Assembly: GCA_000004985.1 (NCBI GenBank)
Contig: GG738845.1
Direction: 5' to 3' (one strand)
Length of the DNA: 64,000 bases
DNA from: Naegleria gruberi
Taxonomy: Eukaryota
Within the stretch, counting starts at the first letter, position 1. Each line of letters starts with the position of its first letter. A model generated the notes under the pieces. It was given only the letters and a program-made list of their open reading frames with translations, made no database searches and was not told where the DNA came from. Position numbers and translations under genes: made by a program. This document shows positions 9,583 through 20,473 of this stretch, one piece after another.

Positions 9583-11382
9583 TTAAAGATCTCCATCGTT
9601 TGGATCTTTTTGATTCTTATATTTGTGGAATAATCTCAATGTTTCCAGTGTTCTGGCAAATCTTTCTTTGGGATCTGAAATATGTGGACCATCAGATTCA
9701 TTCTCTCTTTCTGGAGATTTAGATGGTGAAGGTTCAACCTCTTTCTTTGGAGACCAACTCGTGTTTGGAATGTCAGTGTCCAATTCATACTGCTTAATAA
9801 TGGCAAAAATTTGGTCATCTGTCAAACTAAAGTTACTGTCAGAAGTACCTGCACTAATATTGTCATCATCTCCAAAGTAAGAATCATCATCCTTATGGAT
9901 AATACCTTGGCCTCTTTTTTGGTAAAAATTATGAAGGAAAGTTTCTCTGAACTTCTCCTTCTTTTCGAGACCTTCTAGACCTTGCTTATATAGCCTATCA
10001 CCGAAAGGTTCAGATCTTTTCAAGTTGGAAGCCTTACTTGTGATATTAGGGTTGTGTTGGGCTTTCTCTTGCTTGATGTAAGACTCTATATATTTTCGTT
10101 TCTTATGGTTTTTGATGAACTCCCATTCGTAATTCCTCTCAAAAACGTCGTTTGAGGTCTGAAATGTGCTTGGTGTCTTTTTTGTTTGTTCTGCTATCTT
10201 TCTGGATCTACTACTTAAATTTGGTCTGAATGTACATCCATCAACTTCCTTTTGTTTAACTTGATCCTTTAGGCTTTTGAGGCGTTCTTTCTTTTCTTCT
10301 CTCCAATTAAGAAGAACTGTCACATCTCTATTCATCTTTTGAGACTTTTTAGTTATTTCAGGTTTGAATTTTAGCTCATTCTCCTCAATTTTGGAAAATT
10401 CTTGTTTCTTCTTTTCAATATGTTTCATCTTTTCTACTACAAAGGTGGATACTCTGTCGTCAAGTGTACTTCCTGGAGAGATCAATTGTCGTGATCTTTC
10501 ATTGATAACTGGTTGAAATGTATTATTCTTACAATAGTCCTCCTCTCTTTCATTAACAATTTTCTCTATTTTCTTTGCCTTTTTTTCGTATGGTCTATTT
10601 AATCTTTGCGCCAACTCGTCCCACTTTTCTTGACCAACTTCCTTCTTTGGTTTCTCTTCATTGATTTCACTGTTTATCTTATTCAATATGTAAATGGTTT
10701 CGTTTGGATCTTCTGTTTGGTTTAAATGCTCTCTAAAGGCGGATATAGATCTTTGCATTCTTGACTTAATGCTTGGAGCGACTGACTCCCATACGGGGCC
10801 TAACACAGCATCCTTCTTAGGTGAATCTTCCTTGTTTTTAGAATGACTCTCTAGATAACTTTTAAAATCTACAACACTACTGTTCATATTTTGCAATCCT
10901 ATTTTCGATAAATTATGTGAAATTCTAGAGTTACTAATCTCCAATGCCTTGCTATTATTTAAATCTGTATCTCCGAGAAGCTTTACCAATTGATTCACTG
11001 CTAATTCAAATTCATGATCACCAACATCAACTTGATCCGAATTTTCTTCCATTGTTGAAAGTTTCTGAACAAATTCATCATCAGACATGTCTTGGTAAAG
11101 TCCTAGCTGTTGAAATAACCTAGATGTATTCTTAGGGGAGTCTCTTCTCTCTGATAAAGGATTTCCTGGGCTTAATTGTATTGTTAAATTATTCTTATTA
11201 ATAGGAGAGGGTGGGCTTAAGGCCTTATTATTTGTAAGCTCTCCATCAGACTCATAATTCCTAACTTTTGATAAGGCGTTGTTACGAACGCTTAGTTTGA
11301 ACAAATCGGTCTGATTATGACTCATTAGCGTAACGGTATTTTTTTTAAGGTAATACTGTGCAATGTTGTAACTTGGTTGCAA
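9583..11382 (-). CDS. hypothetical protein (599 aa) with repeated T-F-x-P motifs and coiled-coil/K-E rich segments
   Basis: A long ORF, charged and low complexity, with repeated 'NTFQPVINERS' and 'CTFRPNLSSRS' motifs. I recognise no confident family. Confidence 0.45.
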   Translation of the reverse strand: MQPSYNIAQYYLKKNTVTLMSHNQTDLFKLSVRNNALSKVRNYESDGELTNNKALSPPSPINKNNLTIQLSPGNPLSERRDSPKNTSRLFQQLGLYQDMSDDEFVQKLSTMEENSDQVDVGDHEFELAVNQLVKLLGDTDLNNSKALEISNSRISHNLSKIGLQNMNSSVVDFKSYLESHSKNKEDSPKKDAVLGPVWESVAPSIKSRMQRSISAFREHLNQTEDPNETIYILNKINSEINEEKPKKEVGQEKWDELAQRLNRPYEKKAKKIEKIVNEREEDYCKNNTFQPVINERSRQLISPGSTLDDRVSTFVVEKMKHIEKKKQEFSKIEENELKFKPEITKKSQKMNRDVTVLLNWREEKKERLKSLKDQVKQKEVDGCTFRPNLSSRSRKIAEQTKKTPSTFQTSNDVFERNYEWEFIKNHKKRKYIESYIKQEKAQHNPNITSKASNLKRSEPFGDRLYKQGLEGLEKKEKFRETFLHNFYQKRGQGIIHKDDDSYFGDDDNISAGTSDSNFSLTDDQIFAIIKQYELDTDIPNTSWSPKKEVEPSPSKSPERENESDGPHISDPKERFARTLETLRLFHKYKNQKDPNDGDL

Positions 11383-11557
11383 GATTAAATATTTGGGATA
11401 AAATGGTCAAGTCTTCAAATACTCCCCTATGCATCCTTTTGGTGATTTTCAACTTTTTTTGACCAGGTAATGTTCTGTTAACAATAAACATATGATGTTA
11501 TTATGTTTCAAATAATAAATAATATTATCCAATGGAACAAATAACATTAAATAAAAA

Positions 11558-12340
11558 ATGGACAGAAAATCATCATCAATGATGTTCGATCCAATCATCA
11601 CAACAGACGTCGATGACTTGGTGGAGGAAGAAGAAAACGATCAATTATTAGCAACAAAAACATGGAGAGATGAACTCTTCTTACGTTTTAGACCAATAGT
11701 TAATGAGGATACAGCATTGGAGTATTTTTGCAATAGATCAAACCCTTTCTATTCGAAAAAGTCTGTCAATGAAACACTCCGAATGCAACAAACAGGAGGT
11801 ATCATTGATAGGAATGCTCTCCTAGAATCAACAGAGGGTATTCGATATTCTGTTGACTCTAAACGATCAAAACCTCCTTCCCTCTTCATCATTAAAAAAG
11901 AGAAGGTGGAAAAGAAGGATAGGAATGCTCCAAAATTATTGAATTTGTACTATATAGCTGCGGAAGCTGGTGTTGTTTATCAGTCACCTTCTGTTTATGA
12001 CGTGATACAAGCAAGATCTTTTAATTCTCTTTCTCTGTTGAATCAAACTTTCAAGGAAATACAACCTCATGTTGAATACACAACAAATGATGTGACTGTT
12101 CTCTCTAGTCCATTAGCAAAAAAGGATGGAAACAAATCGGAGGAAGAGGATCGTTTTGTTGTTGCCAACTTACCTCCTTATTCTGTAGAGATGCAAAACC
12201 ATGTTTCCCGACTTATCGACCTGTTAGATATTGACACAAACACATTGATACAAAACAAACAAAACAAGAATGCCTTCCAAATTCAACCATCAATAGATCC
12301 AAATTATCAACAACCTGCCACAATAAAGGAAGAGCATTGA
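11558..12340 (+). CDS. MED6: Mediator of RNA polymerase II transcription subunit 6 (MED6)
   Basis: 'TALEYFCNRSNPFYSKKSVNETLRMQ' matches human MED6 '[25 protein letters not shown]'. 'SLFIIKKEK...LLNLYYIAAEAGVVYQSPSVYDVIQARSFNSLSLLNQTFKEI' matches 'ILFIIRKQQR...[38 protein letters not shown]'. Confidence 0.75.
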   Translation: MDRKSSSMMFDPIITTDVDDLVEEEENDQLLATKTWRDELFLRFRPIVNEDTALEYFCNRSNPFYSKKSVNETLRMQQTGGIIDRNALLESTEGIRYSVDSKRSKPPSLFIIKKEKVEKKDRNAPKLLNLYYIAAEAGVVYQSPSVYDVIQARSFNSLSLLNQTFKEIQPHVEYTTNDVTVLSSPLAKKDGNKSEEEDRFVVANLPPYSVEMQNHVSRLIDLLDIDTNTLIQNKQNKNAFQIQPSIDPNYQQPATIKEEH

Positions 12341-12385
12341 GAATTGAATTATTAATTATTTGAAATTTGAATAATACTTTAAAAA

Positions 12386-12868
12386 ATGTCACCACAAGAG
12401 GAAAGTGTGGAGGATAATTCTGATGATAATAGTGTTGATGATGATAATGCAAAGTCTGACACAACACACAACAGCAATGACACTATTGGAGGTGATGATA
12501 CAACTACCAATCAAGAGGATATCCATAGAAGAAATGATCGCTTGATGGCTAAACAATTCCGAAAGTCAGCCATCGAAACTATTGACGAGAAGAGAGAATT
12601 ATTTATTGAATATAAGAAGGAACAAAAAGGAAGAATGATTTCTTTTCTCACATGTATTTTAACAGATCCTCTTACCCCAATATTTAATCAATTCTTTAAC
12701 GAATATTTGACTCCGATCAACTTTTCAATCTTTGAGGGGATTCAAGCTGAACAAGTTAAGAAGCTCATAGTATCCCAAGAACAAATTGAAATGTTGCAAC
12801 ATGCCTTTCAGAAAGGGGATGAAGAAAAGAACATTTTTCAAATTCAAACAAAACCTAAAATGGAATGA
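12386..12868 (+). CDS. hypothetical acidic protein (160 aa)
   Basis: Single ORF, D/N/T-rich N-terminus, no recognisable domain. Confidence 0.3.
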   Translation: MSPQEESVEDNSDDNSVDDDNAKSDTTHNSNDTIGGDDTTTNQEDIHRRNDRLMAKQFRKSAIETIDEKRELFIEYKKEQKGRMISFLTCILTDPLTPIFNQFFNEYLTPINFSIFEGIQAEQVKKLIVSQEQIEMLQHAFQKGDEEKNIFQIQTKPKME

Positions 12869-13127
12869 TACAATTTTTCCCCATGGAAAAATAAGAGTTT
12901 TGTCAAATGTTGATTATATGAGATATTTAACAAGGGTATTATTTAAATCTCAAAAGGAAGAGATTGAAATCAATCATATTGTATGGACATTGAGTTTCAA
13001 TAGTAGTTACTGAAGAGTAGAGTACAAGAAAAAACCTCAAACAATCTTGAGAAGAATTATAAATGTAATAATTTTAAAATCCCGCCAAAATTATTACATT
13101 TTGCACAAACTTTGACAAAAAAAACAT

Positions 13128-14291
13128 ATGGCCATCGCTACCTCTCCAAAGTCTTCAGTGCTAAAAGCCACAAACACAAGCACGGGAGCAACCTCAACTC
13201 CACCAACATCACATACATCCCCGAAGAGAAATAATAACAACAATAAGGATGGACAACAAGTGTTGAGGAAGATTTATAGGTGCGACTCTGAAATTAAACG
13301 TATGAAGGAACAAGATGAAAAGCAACTACGAATAGAAAGATTAAAACAAGTCAGACAAATGGCTATGGATATTGCAAAAAACAAGACAAAACAATATGCA
13401 CAAGCAAAGGAAAAGGAAAATCAAAGTAATTTGAAGGTAATCAAAAAAGCATGGGAAGAAAGAAAGGAAGAAGAGATTGATCAACTCCAAACAGAGTTGG
13501 ATTATGCTAGAAAAAAAGCTGGTGAAGCCAATAGGAATGCACTCCAATTTAATAAGGAATTCCATCTTCAACAACAGAAGAAACATGAGCAAAATAAGGC
13601 AAACGCTTTAATAGCTCAACAGAGGTTTGATAAATGTGTCAGTATTGTCAAACAAAGACAGGTCGAGAATCAAAAGAAAAAGGATAATCTCTTTGAAAGA
13701 ATTGAAAAATCAAAGAACATGGAATATCCAGAAATTGAGCCTGTCCACAATGGATATGAAAAGTTGTTTGCAGTTCCATCTCGTGACCTGAATGATGTAG
13801 TGGCTGGTTGGAATCCTACCAAAAAGAGAGAAGACCAGGGAATTTACGAGACGACGTTTAATCACCAAATGGTTTTAGAACCAACCTCACCAGAAAAGCA
13901 AACAGCTATTAAAGTTAATCAACATGTGGTCAAACATTTTGATAAACAGGCTGGTGTTGATGTAAATAATGAACAAGCCGAATTGACCTTAGAGGAAAAA
14001 AAGAGGACAGCTTTGCAAAGAGCATTTTCAGAAAAGAGATTTGCAAGAAAAGCCGCAGAAAAGGTGCGAAATGAAAAATTTAATGAGATTATTGTTGAAG
14101 AATTAGAACGAGTATCCAAAATTGATAGACAACTTAAAGTTGAGTCCATACAGAATCCTTCTAGAAATACTCTGGCAGACAATCAATACAAGAAGAAAAA
14201 GCAAATGGAACTGGAAAGAAAATTTGAAGAGCTCTTCAGAAATAGGGTCCATTTTGCAGATAAACCAGAAGAAAAGAGCAGTTACTTTTAA
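13128..14291 (+). CDS. hypothetical coiled-coil protein (387 aa)
   Basis: K/E/Q-rich heptad-like sequence throughout. Stop TAA is 4 bp from the stop of the convergent SDHAF2-like gene. Confidence 0.4.
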   Translation: MAIATSPKSSVLKATNTSTGATSTPPTSHTSPKRNNNNNKDGQQVLRKIYRCDSEIKRMKEQDEKQLRIERLKQVRQMAMDIAKNKTKQYAQAKEKENQSNLKVIKKAWEERKEEEIDQLQTELDYARKKAGEANRNALQFNKEFHLQQQKKHEQNKANALIAQQRFDKCVSIVKQRQVENQKKKDNLFERIEKSKNMEYPEIEPVHNGYEKLFAVPSRDLNDVVAGWNPTKKREDQGIYETTFNHQMVLEPTSPEKQTAIKVNQHVVKHFDKQAGVDVNNEQAELTLEEKKRTALQRAFSEKRFARKAAEKVRNEKFNEIIVEELERVSKIDRQLKVESIQNPSRNTLADNQYKKKKQMELERKFEELFRNRVHFADKPEEKSSYF

Positions 14292-14295
14292 TAAA

Positions 14296-15006
14296 TTATT
14301 GTTTTACAAATTCTCCTGAATCAGTTTGGTCGTAATCTTCATTGAAAGTTGCATTGCCCTTATTGGAAGTAGTTGGTGCAGCTCTCACTTGCTCATTGGT
14401 TTCATAATACTTGACAGCTCTCTTGGAATCAACATAATTGAAAAGTCTTTCCATAATATCAGAATCCCTCCATCGTTCTGGTAATTTTTCTTTCCATTCA
14501 GGATCTTGTCTATCAGTTTCAGTTGCAATAAGCCAATTATACAAGTCACTGTCATGTTCACAGAGTAAATCATAAAATTCCTCAAGATCTGACCATTGAG
14601 TCATCTTTGGAACATTCTCTCTAGCAAAACCACCCAAGAAGAGTTCAGTTTCAACACGACCTCTATTTCTACAATACATGAGGATACGACGTTTTATATT
14701 GTCCATAAAAGCTTGTTCCTCTACTGGTGTCATATCTTTGATTGATTTTCCTTCTGTTACTGCCTTTTCTAAAATTTCATGAAAATATGGTGGACGGAAG
14801 TCTGGAATACTCTTGATAATCTCTTCATCAGTTAAATATTCTTCTTGTTGTTCATTTTCGGAAATGTCTTCTTCCGCATTATTATTTGAAAATTTAATAC
14901 ATTGTGTTGAAAAACGTGCCAATGAGAGATGATTAAAATTCTTGGTGAGAGGTATGTGGTTAAATTTCTTGATTGAGCAAAATTGATACTTGATTAAACG
15001 ATTCAT
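14296..15006 (-). CDS. SDHAF2: succinate dehydrogenase assembly factor 2 (SDHAF2/Sdh5, flavinator)-like protein
   Basis: 'RRILMYCRNRGRVETELFLGGFARENVPKMTQWSDLEEFYDLLCEHDSDLYNWLIATE' aligns with human SDHAF2 '[58 protein letters not shown]'. It has extra N- and C-terminal regions. Confidence 0.7.
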   Translation of the reverse strand: MNRLIKYQFCSIKKFNHIPLTKNFNHLSLARFSTQCIKFSNNNAEEDISENEQQEEYLTDEEIIKSIPDFRPPYFHEILEKAVTEGKSIKDMTPVEEQAFMDNIKRRILMYCRNRGRVETELFLGGFARENVPKMTQWSDLEEFYDLLCEHDSDLYNWLIATETDRQDPEWKEKLPERWRDSDIMERLFNYVDSKRAVKYYETNEQVRAAPTTSNKGNATFNEDYDQTDSGEFVKQ

Positions 15007-15160
15007 TTTTTTTTTAAATTGATAGTAAAATTAATTGAATATTTAATTTTCATTCTCCGAAATTTATTGGGTTAAATACAAAATCAAGAAATTGAAAAGA
15101 ATAATAAAGAGAATGAATTAATAAGGTTGGTGGTTAGTGTTTTATTGGTACAATTTATAT

Positions 15161-15628
15161 TTACTTTTGCATCATCATCTTGACGAATTCAGTATAGTTG
15201 ATTTGGTTATCACCGTCAATATCGGCTTCACGAATCATTTCATCAACTTCTTCGTCTGTGAGTTTTTCACCTAGGTTGCACATAACGTGTCTGAGTTCTT
15301 GAGCAGAAATGAAACCGTTTCCGTCCTTATCGAAAACTTTGAAAGCTTCCTTGATTTCTTCTTCGTTATCAGTATCCTTCATCTTCTTGGCCATCATTGT
15401 CAAAAATTCAGTGAAATCTATTGTTCCATTACCATCAGCATCAACTTCGTTAATCATGTCGTGGAGTTCTGCTTCAGTTGGGTTTTGTCCCAATGATCTC
15501 ATAACAGTTCCCAATTCGCTTGTAGTAATAGTACCATCACCGTCCTTATCGAACAGAGAGAAGGCTTCCTTAAATTCAGCGATTTGTTCTTCAGTTAATT
15601 CGTTATTGCTAATAGCTTCTCTACTCAT
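15161..15628 (-). CDS. calmodulin (155 aa, 4 EF-hands) with short N-terminal extension
   Basis: '[75 protein letters not shown]...' is near-identical to canonical calmodulin plus a 6-residue N-terminal extension. The ATG at 15626-15628 (minus) is the first ATG adjacent to the EF-hand 1 helix. The track ORF extends further upstream in frame. Confidence 0.9.
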   Translation of the reverse strand: MSREAISNNELTEEQIAEFKEAFSLFDKDGDGTITTSELGTVMRSLGQNPTEAELHDMINEVDADGNGTIDFTEFLTMMAKKMKDTDNEEEIKEAFKVFDKDGNGFISAQELRHVMCNLGEKLTDEEVDEMIREADIDGDNQINYTEFVKMMMQK

Positions 15629-16257
15629 TTTGTATACAAGGGTCTTCGTTAGGGATTTTTTTAAGGTTATGTTTTTATTCGGTTGATGTATTGGCCAATT
15701 TATTGTAACTACAGTATTTTTTGGCGCCAAAGATTTACAACGTTGTTTTCGTAGGCGAACTGGTTAGAAAGCGCGTCTTCTAGATTAATTGGCCTTTCAT
15801 CGCTAATCACACTCACTACAAAATTCAGAACCACAAGAGATGAGCGCCAAACAAGTGCTATCAGTGCGACAATTAGGAAAATAGCGAACCCTTAATGAAT
15901 GGAAGGTTATTATCTTCTCATAAACAATGATCACTTTATAAACCAATACTTTTTCTCATCAGCATATATGGTTTTAACATTGTTTTTTTTGAAATATGTC
16001 GTAATGGGTTATGGTTGAATACAGGTCCTACTACTAGTTCCTTATTGGATGTTTCCCTCATGTGGAAGTTGTGCCCCATGAGTTGAACTTTGTTAAGGTA
16101 CTTTGTCATCCCTATATTCACAACTTTTGAAGAGTGACCAATTGTTATCTTTGAGTATTGGTGGGTTTAAAAGGATGATTTTTGTTCGAACACGCTCATA
16201 CAATGGTTTCATACAAATGAATCAAAGAAGTTGGTTTTGTATGCAACAAAGTAAAAA

Positions 16258-17285
16258 ATGGCCACAAACTACTTGATGGAAAATTATACAATTATTGAGA
16301 AGATTGGTGAGGGAACATTCGGACAAGTATTAAAAGCAAAAAGGTAAGTAGTAAAAGGAAGATAATGATCTTTAATATAATTTAGGAAGGCTGATGGACG
16401 AGTTGTGGCCTTAAAGAAAATTAGAATTAGGAAACAAGAATTTGAAGACTTTCCGAAAAATGTAATTAGAGAAGCAAAAAGTCTTCAACATGTGTGCCAC
16501 AATAATGTCATCAAGTTGTATGATGTCTTTGTGAATGGATCATCTCTTGTTCTCTCATTAGAATTTATGAAAACAGATTTGGCAAGAATTATTAAAGCCC
16601 AAAGGACACCCTTCCTTGAGTCTCATATCAAATGTATAATGCTAATGATGTTAAAGGGTCTCCACAATTGTCACACCAATAGTATCATGCACAGAGTATG
16701 TAGGAAAGTGTAATTATTTAGAAATTAATTATGTGGAATTATTAGGACATCAAACCTGCCAACTTACTTTTCAATCACAACGGAGAGTTAAAACTGGGAG
16801 ATTTTGGATTGGCTACGTTGTATCTTGGAAAGAATGAATCTTACTCACATCAAGTTGCAACAAGATGGTACAGAGCTCCAGAACTTTTGTATGGAAGTAG
16901 ATCTTATGATTGTAAAGTAGATATTTGGGCAGCTGGTTGTGTCATGGCAGAATTGTACAATCTTTGTCCCTTATTCACTGGTGAAAATGATATTGATCAA
17001 TTATATAAGGTACTTTCACTTTTGGGAATTCCTTCAGAAAATAATTGGCCAGGAGTTTCCAAGTTGCCAGATTTTGGCAAGATAACCTTCTCGAAAATTA
17101 AAGTGAGAACGATCAGTGAACTAGTTCCAGGAGCTCCTGATTTGGCTCTTGATCTTATGTCACATCTATTAAGATTTGACAATGATGAAAGATATAGTGC
17201 TGAGGAGGCCTTAAGACATCCATACTTTTTTAGTGAACCTTTGCCTTGTGATTTTTCAGAGCTTAAATTGCCAAACAAGATGTAG
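16258..17285 (+). CDS. CDK20: cyclin-dependent kinase 20 / cell-cycle-related kinase (CDK20/CCRK, LF2-like), 3 exons
   Basis: Exons 16258..16343, 16386..16695 and 16746..17285, with introns 16344..16385 (GTAAGT...TTTAG) and 16696..16745 (GTATGT...TATTAG). The protein '[43 protein letters not shown]...HRDIKPANLL...DFGLATLY...[38 protein letters not shown]...' is collinear with human CDK20 ('[38 protein letters not shown]...ALDLLGQFLLYPPHQRIAASKALLHQYFF'). Confidence 0.8.
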
Positions 17286-17357
17286 TCGTACTTTGAGAGC
17301 TTTGAGAATAGCTAATCATTTCTTTTTTCAGGATGTATTGATACATTTTATTTACAA

Positions 17358-18620
17358 TTATTCTACAAGGGCTTCAAACTTATCAATTGGATCAGCATTG
17401 ATTGGTTCTGTATTGGAATTCCAATCAAACTTGAGAGAGACATACACTCCCTTATTATTACAAACGAGAATGGATTCATCATTAGTCTCAAAAGTACAAA
17501 CTGACACACCATCAATATTTGGATATTTAAATGTGCTAGTAGGTGTAGTTTCAAGAGGTTCATAAATTGTGGTTGTTACATAGCTCCAAATTGTTGATAG
17601 ACTAGAATTGGCAGAATTTTCAGTGTTGCTTGCTAGTCTGGCTTTCCACTCTTTAAAGTCTACTACAAACACATGGAGTGTCTCTCTAGAAACACACGAT
17701 ATCAAGTCTCCCTTATGATTAAAAGTGAGAGAATAAATTTCCTTTGCCAAATTACCTCTTCTGAATTCATGAATTTTCACACCTGTATCAATGTTGAACA
17801 CTCTTACCAACGTTCCCTTCTCAGAAACAGTTGCCAACATGGATCCATCCTGATTCAAGGCAACACATCTTATTGAAGATTCATGAGCTCTAATTGTAAT
17901 TTCAGAAATTATTTCATAATTTTCGTGGCCAATGGTAACAACCTTTACCTCTCCAACTTGTTCATCCAAAATAGCCAGCAAGTACTCTTTCTTTTGCTTA
18001 TTGTAAATAAAGGTGGATATACCATATGAATTGAGGGTTGTCTTCCATGAGTGTACTTGTCGTTTGGTTTGTAAATCAAAAATATACACCATATCCTCAG
18101 CAACAACAGCAAATCTGATAATTCAAGTTTGATTATTACAATAAATCAATTAAATATAATTAAAATCAAATAATAAACTTACAAATTCTTCTTTGAATGA
18201 ATACTTATAATATTCCTTGGGCAAATCAACTCATTTGTGACCTTTCTTTCTTTATAATTGTAAAAAACAACCTTATTCATTGCAAATGCTGGTCGAGAAC
18301 CTCCTCCGACAAGGGCAACTGTGCCCTTATCCTCATCCATGAAACAAACAAATGAAATTCCTCCATCAATAAATTCTAATGTTACGATGATGATTAGTCT
18401 AATCAACAATTTAAAACTCACTATGATCAAATACCCTCTCACAAAATCCGTAAGCACACGAAATAATTCTAAACCCTTGATCCTTTCCGTAGGCTAACAT
18501 TGTAGAATCTTGGTTAAATCCGATGAATAGAGTATTATTATTATTGGTGTTGCTATTCGATTGCTCTCCAACAGCATTGTCAGAACCAACATTACTTCTC
18601 GGAACGACCACAAAAGACAT
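17358..18620 (-). CDS. WIPI/Atg18-type WD-repeat phosphoinositide-interacting protein (PROPPIN), 3 exons
   Basis: Approximate exons (minus) are 18423..18620, 18183..18376 and 17358..18114, with introns of about 46 and 68 nt (GTGAGT...TAG and GTAAGT...CAG). The PROPPIN hallmarks are 'ALVGGGSRPAFAMNKVVFYNY' (cf. 'LALVGGG...NKV') and the FRRG-type motif 'IHEFRRGNLAKEIYSLTFNHKGDLISCVS'. Total 1149 nt = 383 codons. Confidence 0.75.
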
Positions 18621-18874
18621 TTTTTACTTTTAGTTGTTTGAAACGTGTTATAACTAGATTTAAAAATAGGAAGGAATTGGAAGCAGTAATAACCATATGT
18701 TTAATTGATAAGAAAAAGGGAGGTTACATTTGGAGAGAAGGAAGAAAGGCAGTCCTCAATATGCAGATGAGACTTGGATCTTTGTAATTGAAAGAATGCT
18801 CTACTCTATTGTTTTAATTGTTTTAAAATGATGAAACGGTAACTTTTAAAAGAAACAATCACCATTTTAAAAAA

Positions 18875-20455
18875 ATGTTCCACAACACCTTAGACGTTGT
18901 TGATAAGCCTTACATTCTCAGTAAAAAAATTAAATTTGATGAGGACGACGATAGTGAGGAGAATAGGGATGATTCCGAGCAGGATTATTCATCAGAGGAT
19001 GACTACTCTTCTGAAGAGTCTTCAAATAATCAACAACAACAGGAACAATTAACAATTCATACAGCTCTTCCACAACCAGAATCTAAGAAACCCACCAAAT
19101 CCAGTATCACTGATGTGTTGATAGATAAATTCTATTATGAAACAATGATAGAGATGAATATTAAGGATATTAACTCCAGTAACGGACACTTGCCTGACTT
19201 TAAAGCAAATATTAACAATGTGAATAATGCCAAAAAGAAGTCCCTAGAAGAAATTAATGAGGATGAAATAACGAGTAAAGCCCTTTTGCTTTCCCTGAAG
19301 AAGGATTTGGAGAATGAAATTAGATTTGCAGAGAATGATCTTAGTGATCTCAATGAACAGGAAACCATTTTGTTGATGGGAAATTCAAGATTACAATCGG
19401 AAATTAACTTTAACAAAACTCTTGCTGAGGAAGAAACATCAAATATTTCAGATCTTGGAGAGTTGTCTAAAATAGTGGAGATGGAAGTTGAAAAGAAGGA
19501 GTCTTCAGAACAGAAAAAAATCATAACAAACTTGGAAAACTCAGACAATGACGCTTTTACAAACTCATCCATTGCTTATAACATGTTGAAATTACAATAT
19601 CAAATAGAGGATGCTTCTAGGAAATTGGAGGAAGTAAATTCCATTCACAATCAACATCTCATGGCAAAGAGAAGAAGGATGATAGAAAAGCTCCACCTCA
19701 AAGAAATTAATCAACAAAAGTTAAATTTTGAGAAGAGGGTCAGCGCAGAAACAAAGAGAATTGAAGATAAACACAATCATGATCTTCAAAAACTATTGGA
19801 AGAAAATAGAAAACTCGAAGAACAGGAGCAAATGTTGGAGAGTAAGCTAGAGTTTGTTGTAAATGAAGATGGTGAACAAATTATGAAAACTATGGAAAGG
19901 GTAATGTCAATGTTAAAAGGAAGAGAGGAACTTCCAGATGGAAACTATATTAGTGTTTCCAGAGCAATTGGGTATTATTCCCAATTAAAAGATGCAACCG
20001 AGAAAAATCAATTCACGGTCAAACTCTTTAAAAAGTTTTTAAGGGAACACAAAGAATTCGGCTTTTTCGTATTTGATTTTGAAGACTTTTACGCAGCAGC
20101 CAAAGTGGAGGGTAGCAGTCTTCAATCAGATCAATTAATGACAACCAGTCGAAACATCGAGGAACCTATTCCACAAAAGGTCATTCTCGATCCAACAGAA
20201 AATTTGTACAATAACAGAGAGGAAATGCCCAAGTTTGTCGAACAGGAAGTGCCATCACAACAACGAACACCCTTGCTTAGAAAGAAATCAATTGGAAACA
20301 ATTCAATGTTGACACGATCATCCAATAATACCTCCAATCAAGGCACCAATAGATCGCTCAATAAGAGTGAGGGAAATGCAACAGCACAAGATGTGCTTAA
20401 AAGAAGTATGGGTGTGCTGTCAAAAATCAATCAGATCAAAAAAAATAATAAATAA
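18875..20455 (+). CDS. hypothetical coiled-coil protein (526 aa), acidic N-terminus
   Basis: Long single ORF. D/E/S-rich N-terminus, K/E-rich coiled-coil in the middle, S/N-rich tail. Confidence 0.4.
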   Translation: MFHNTLDVVDKPYILSKKIKFDEDDDSEENRDDSEQDYSSEDDYSSEESSNNQQQQEQLTIHTALPQPESKKPTKSSITDVLIDKFYYETMIEMNIKDINSSNGHLPDFKANINNVNNAKKKSLEEINEDEITSKALLLSLKKDLENEIRFAENDLSDLNEQETILLMGNSRLQSEINFNKTLAEEETSNISDLGELSKIVEMEVEKKESSEQKKIITNLENSDNDAFTNSSIAYNMLKLQYQIEDASRKLEEVNSIHNQHLMAKRRRMIEKLHLKEINQQKLNFEKRVSAETKRIEDKHNHDLQKLLEENRKLEEQEQMLESKLEFVVNEDGEQIMKTMERVMSMLKGREELPDGNYISVSRAIGYYSQLKDATEKNQFTVKLFKKFLREHKEFGFFVFDFEDFYAAAKVEGSSLQSDQLMTTSRNIEEPIPQKVILDPTENLYNNREEMPKFVEQEVPSQQRTPLLRKKSIGNNSMLTRSSNNTSNQGTNRSLNKSEGNATAQDVLKRSMGVLSKINQIKKNNK

Positions 20456-20473
20456 TATCAGAGGAAGAATGTA

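Noticed and set aside
15730-16257. Possible ncRNA in the 530-bp calmodulin / CDK20 divergent spacer
   Set aside because: No recognisable snRNA or tRNA features. It is more likely a bidirectional promoter, with no positive evidence for an RNA gene.
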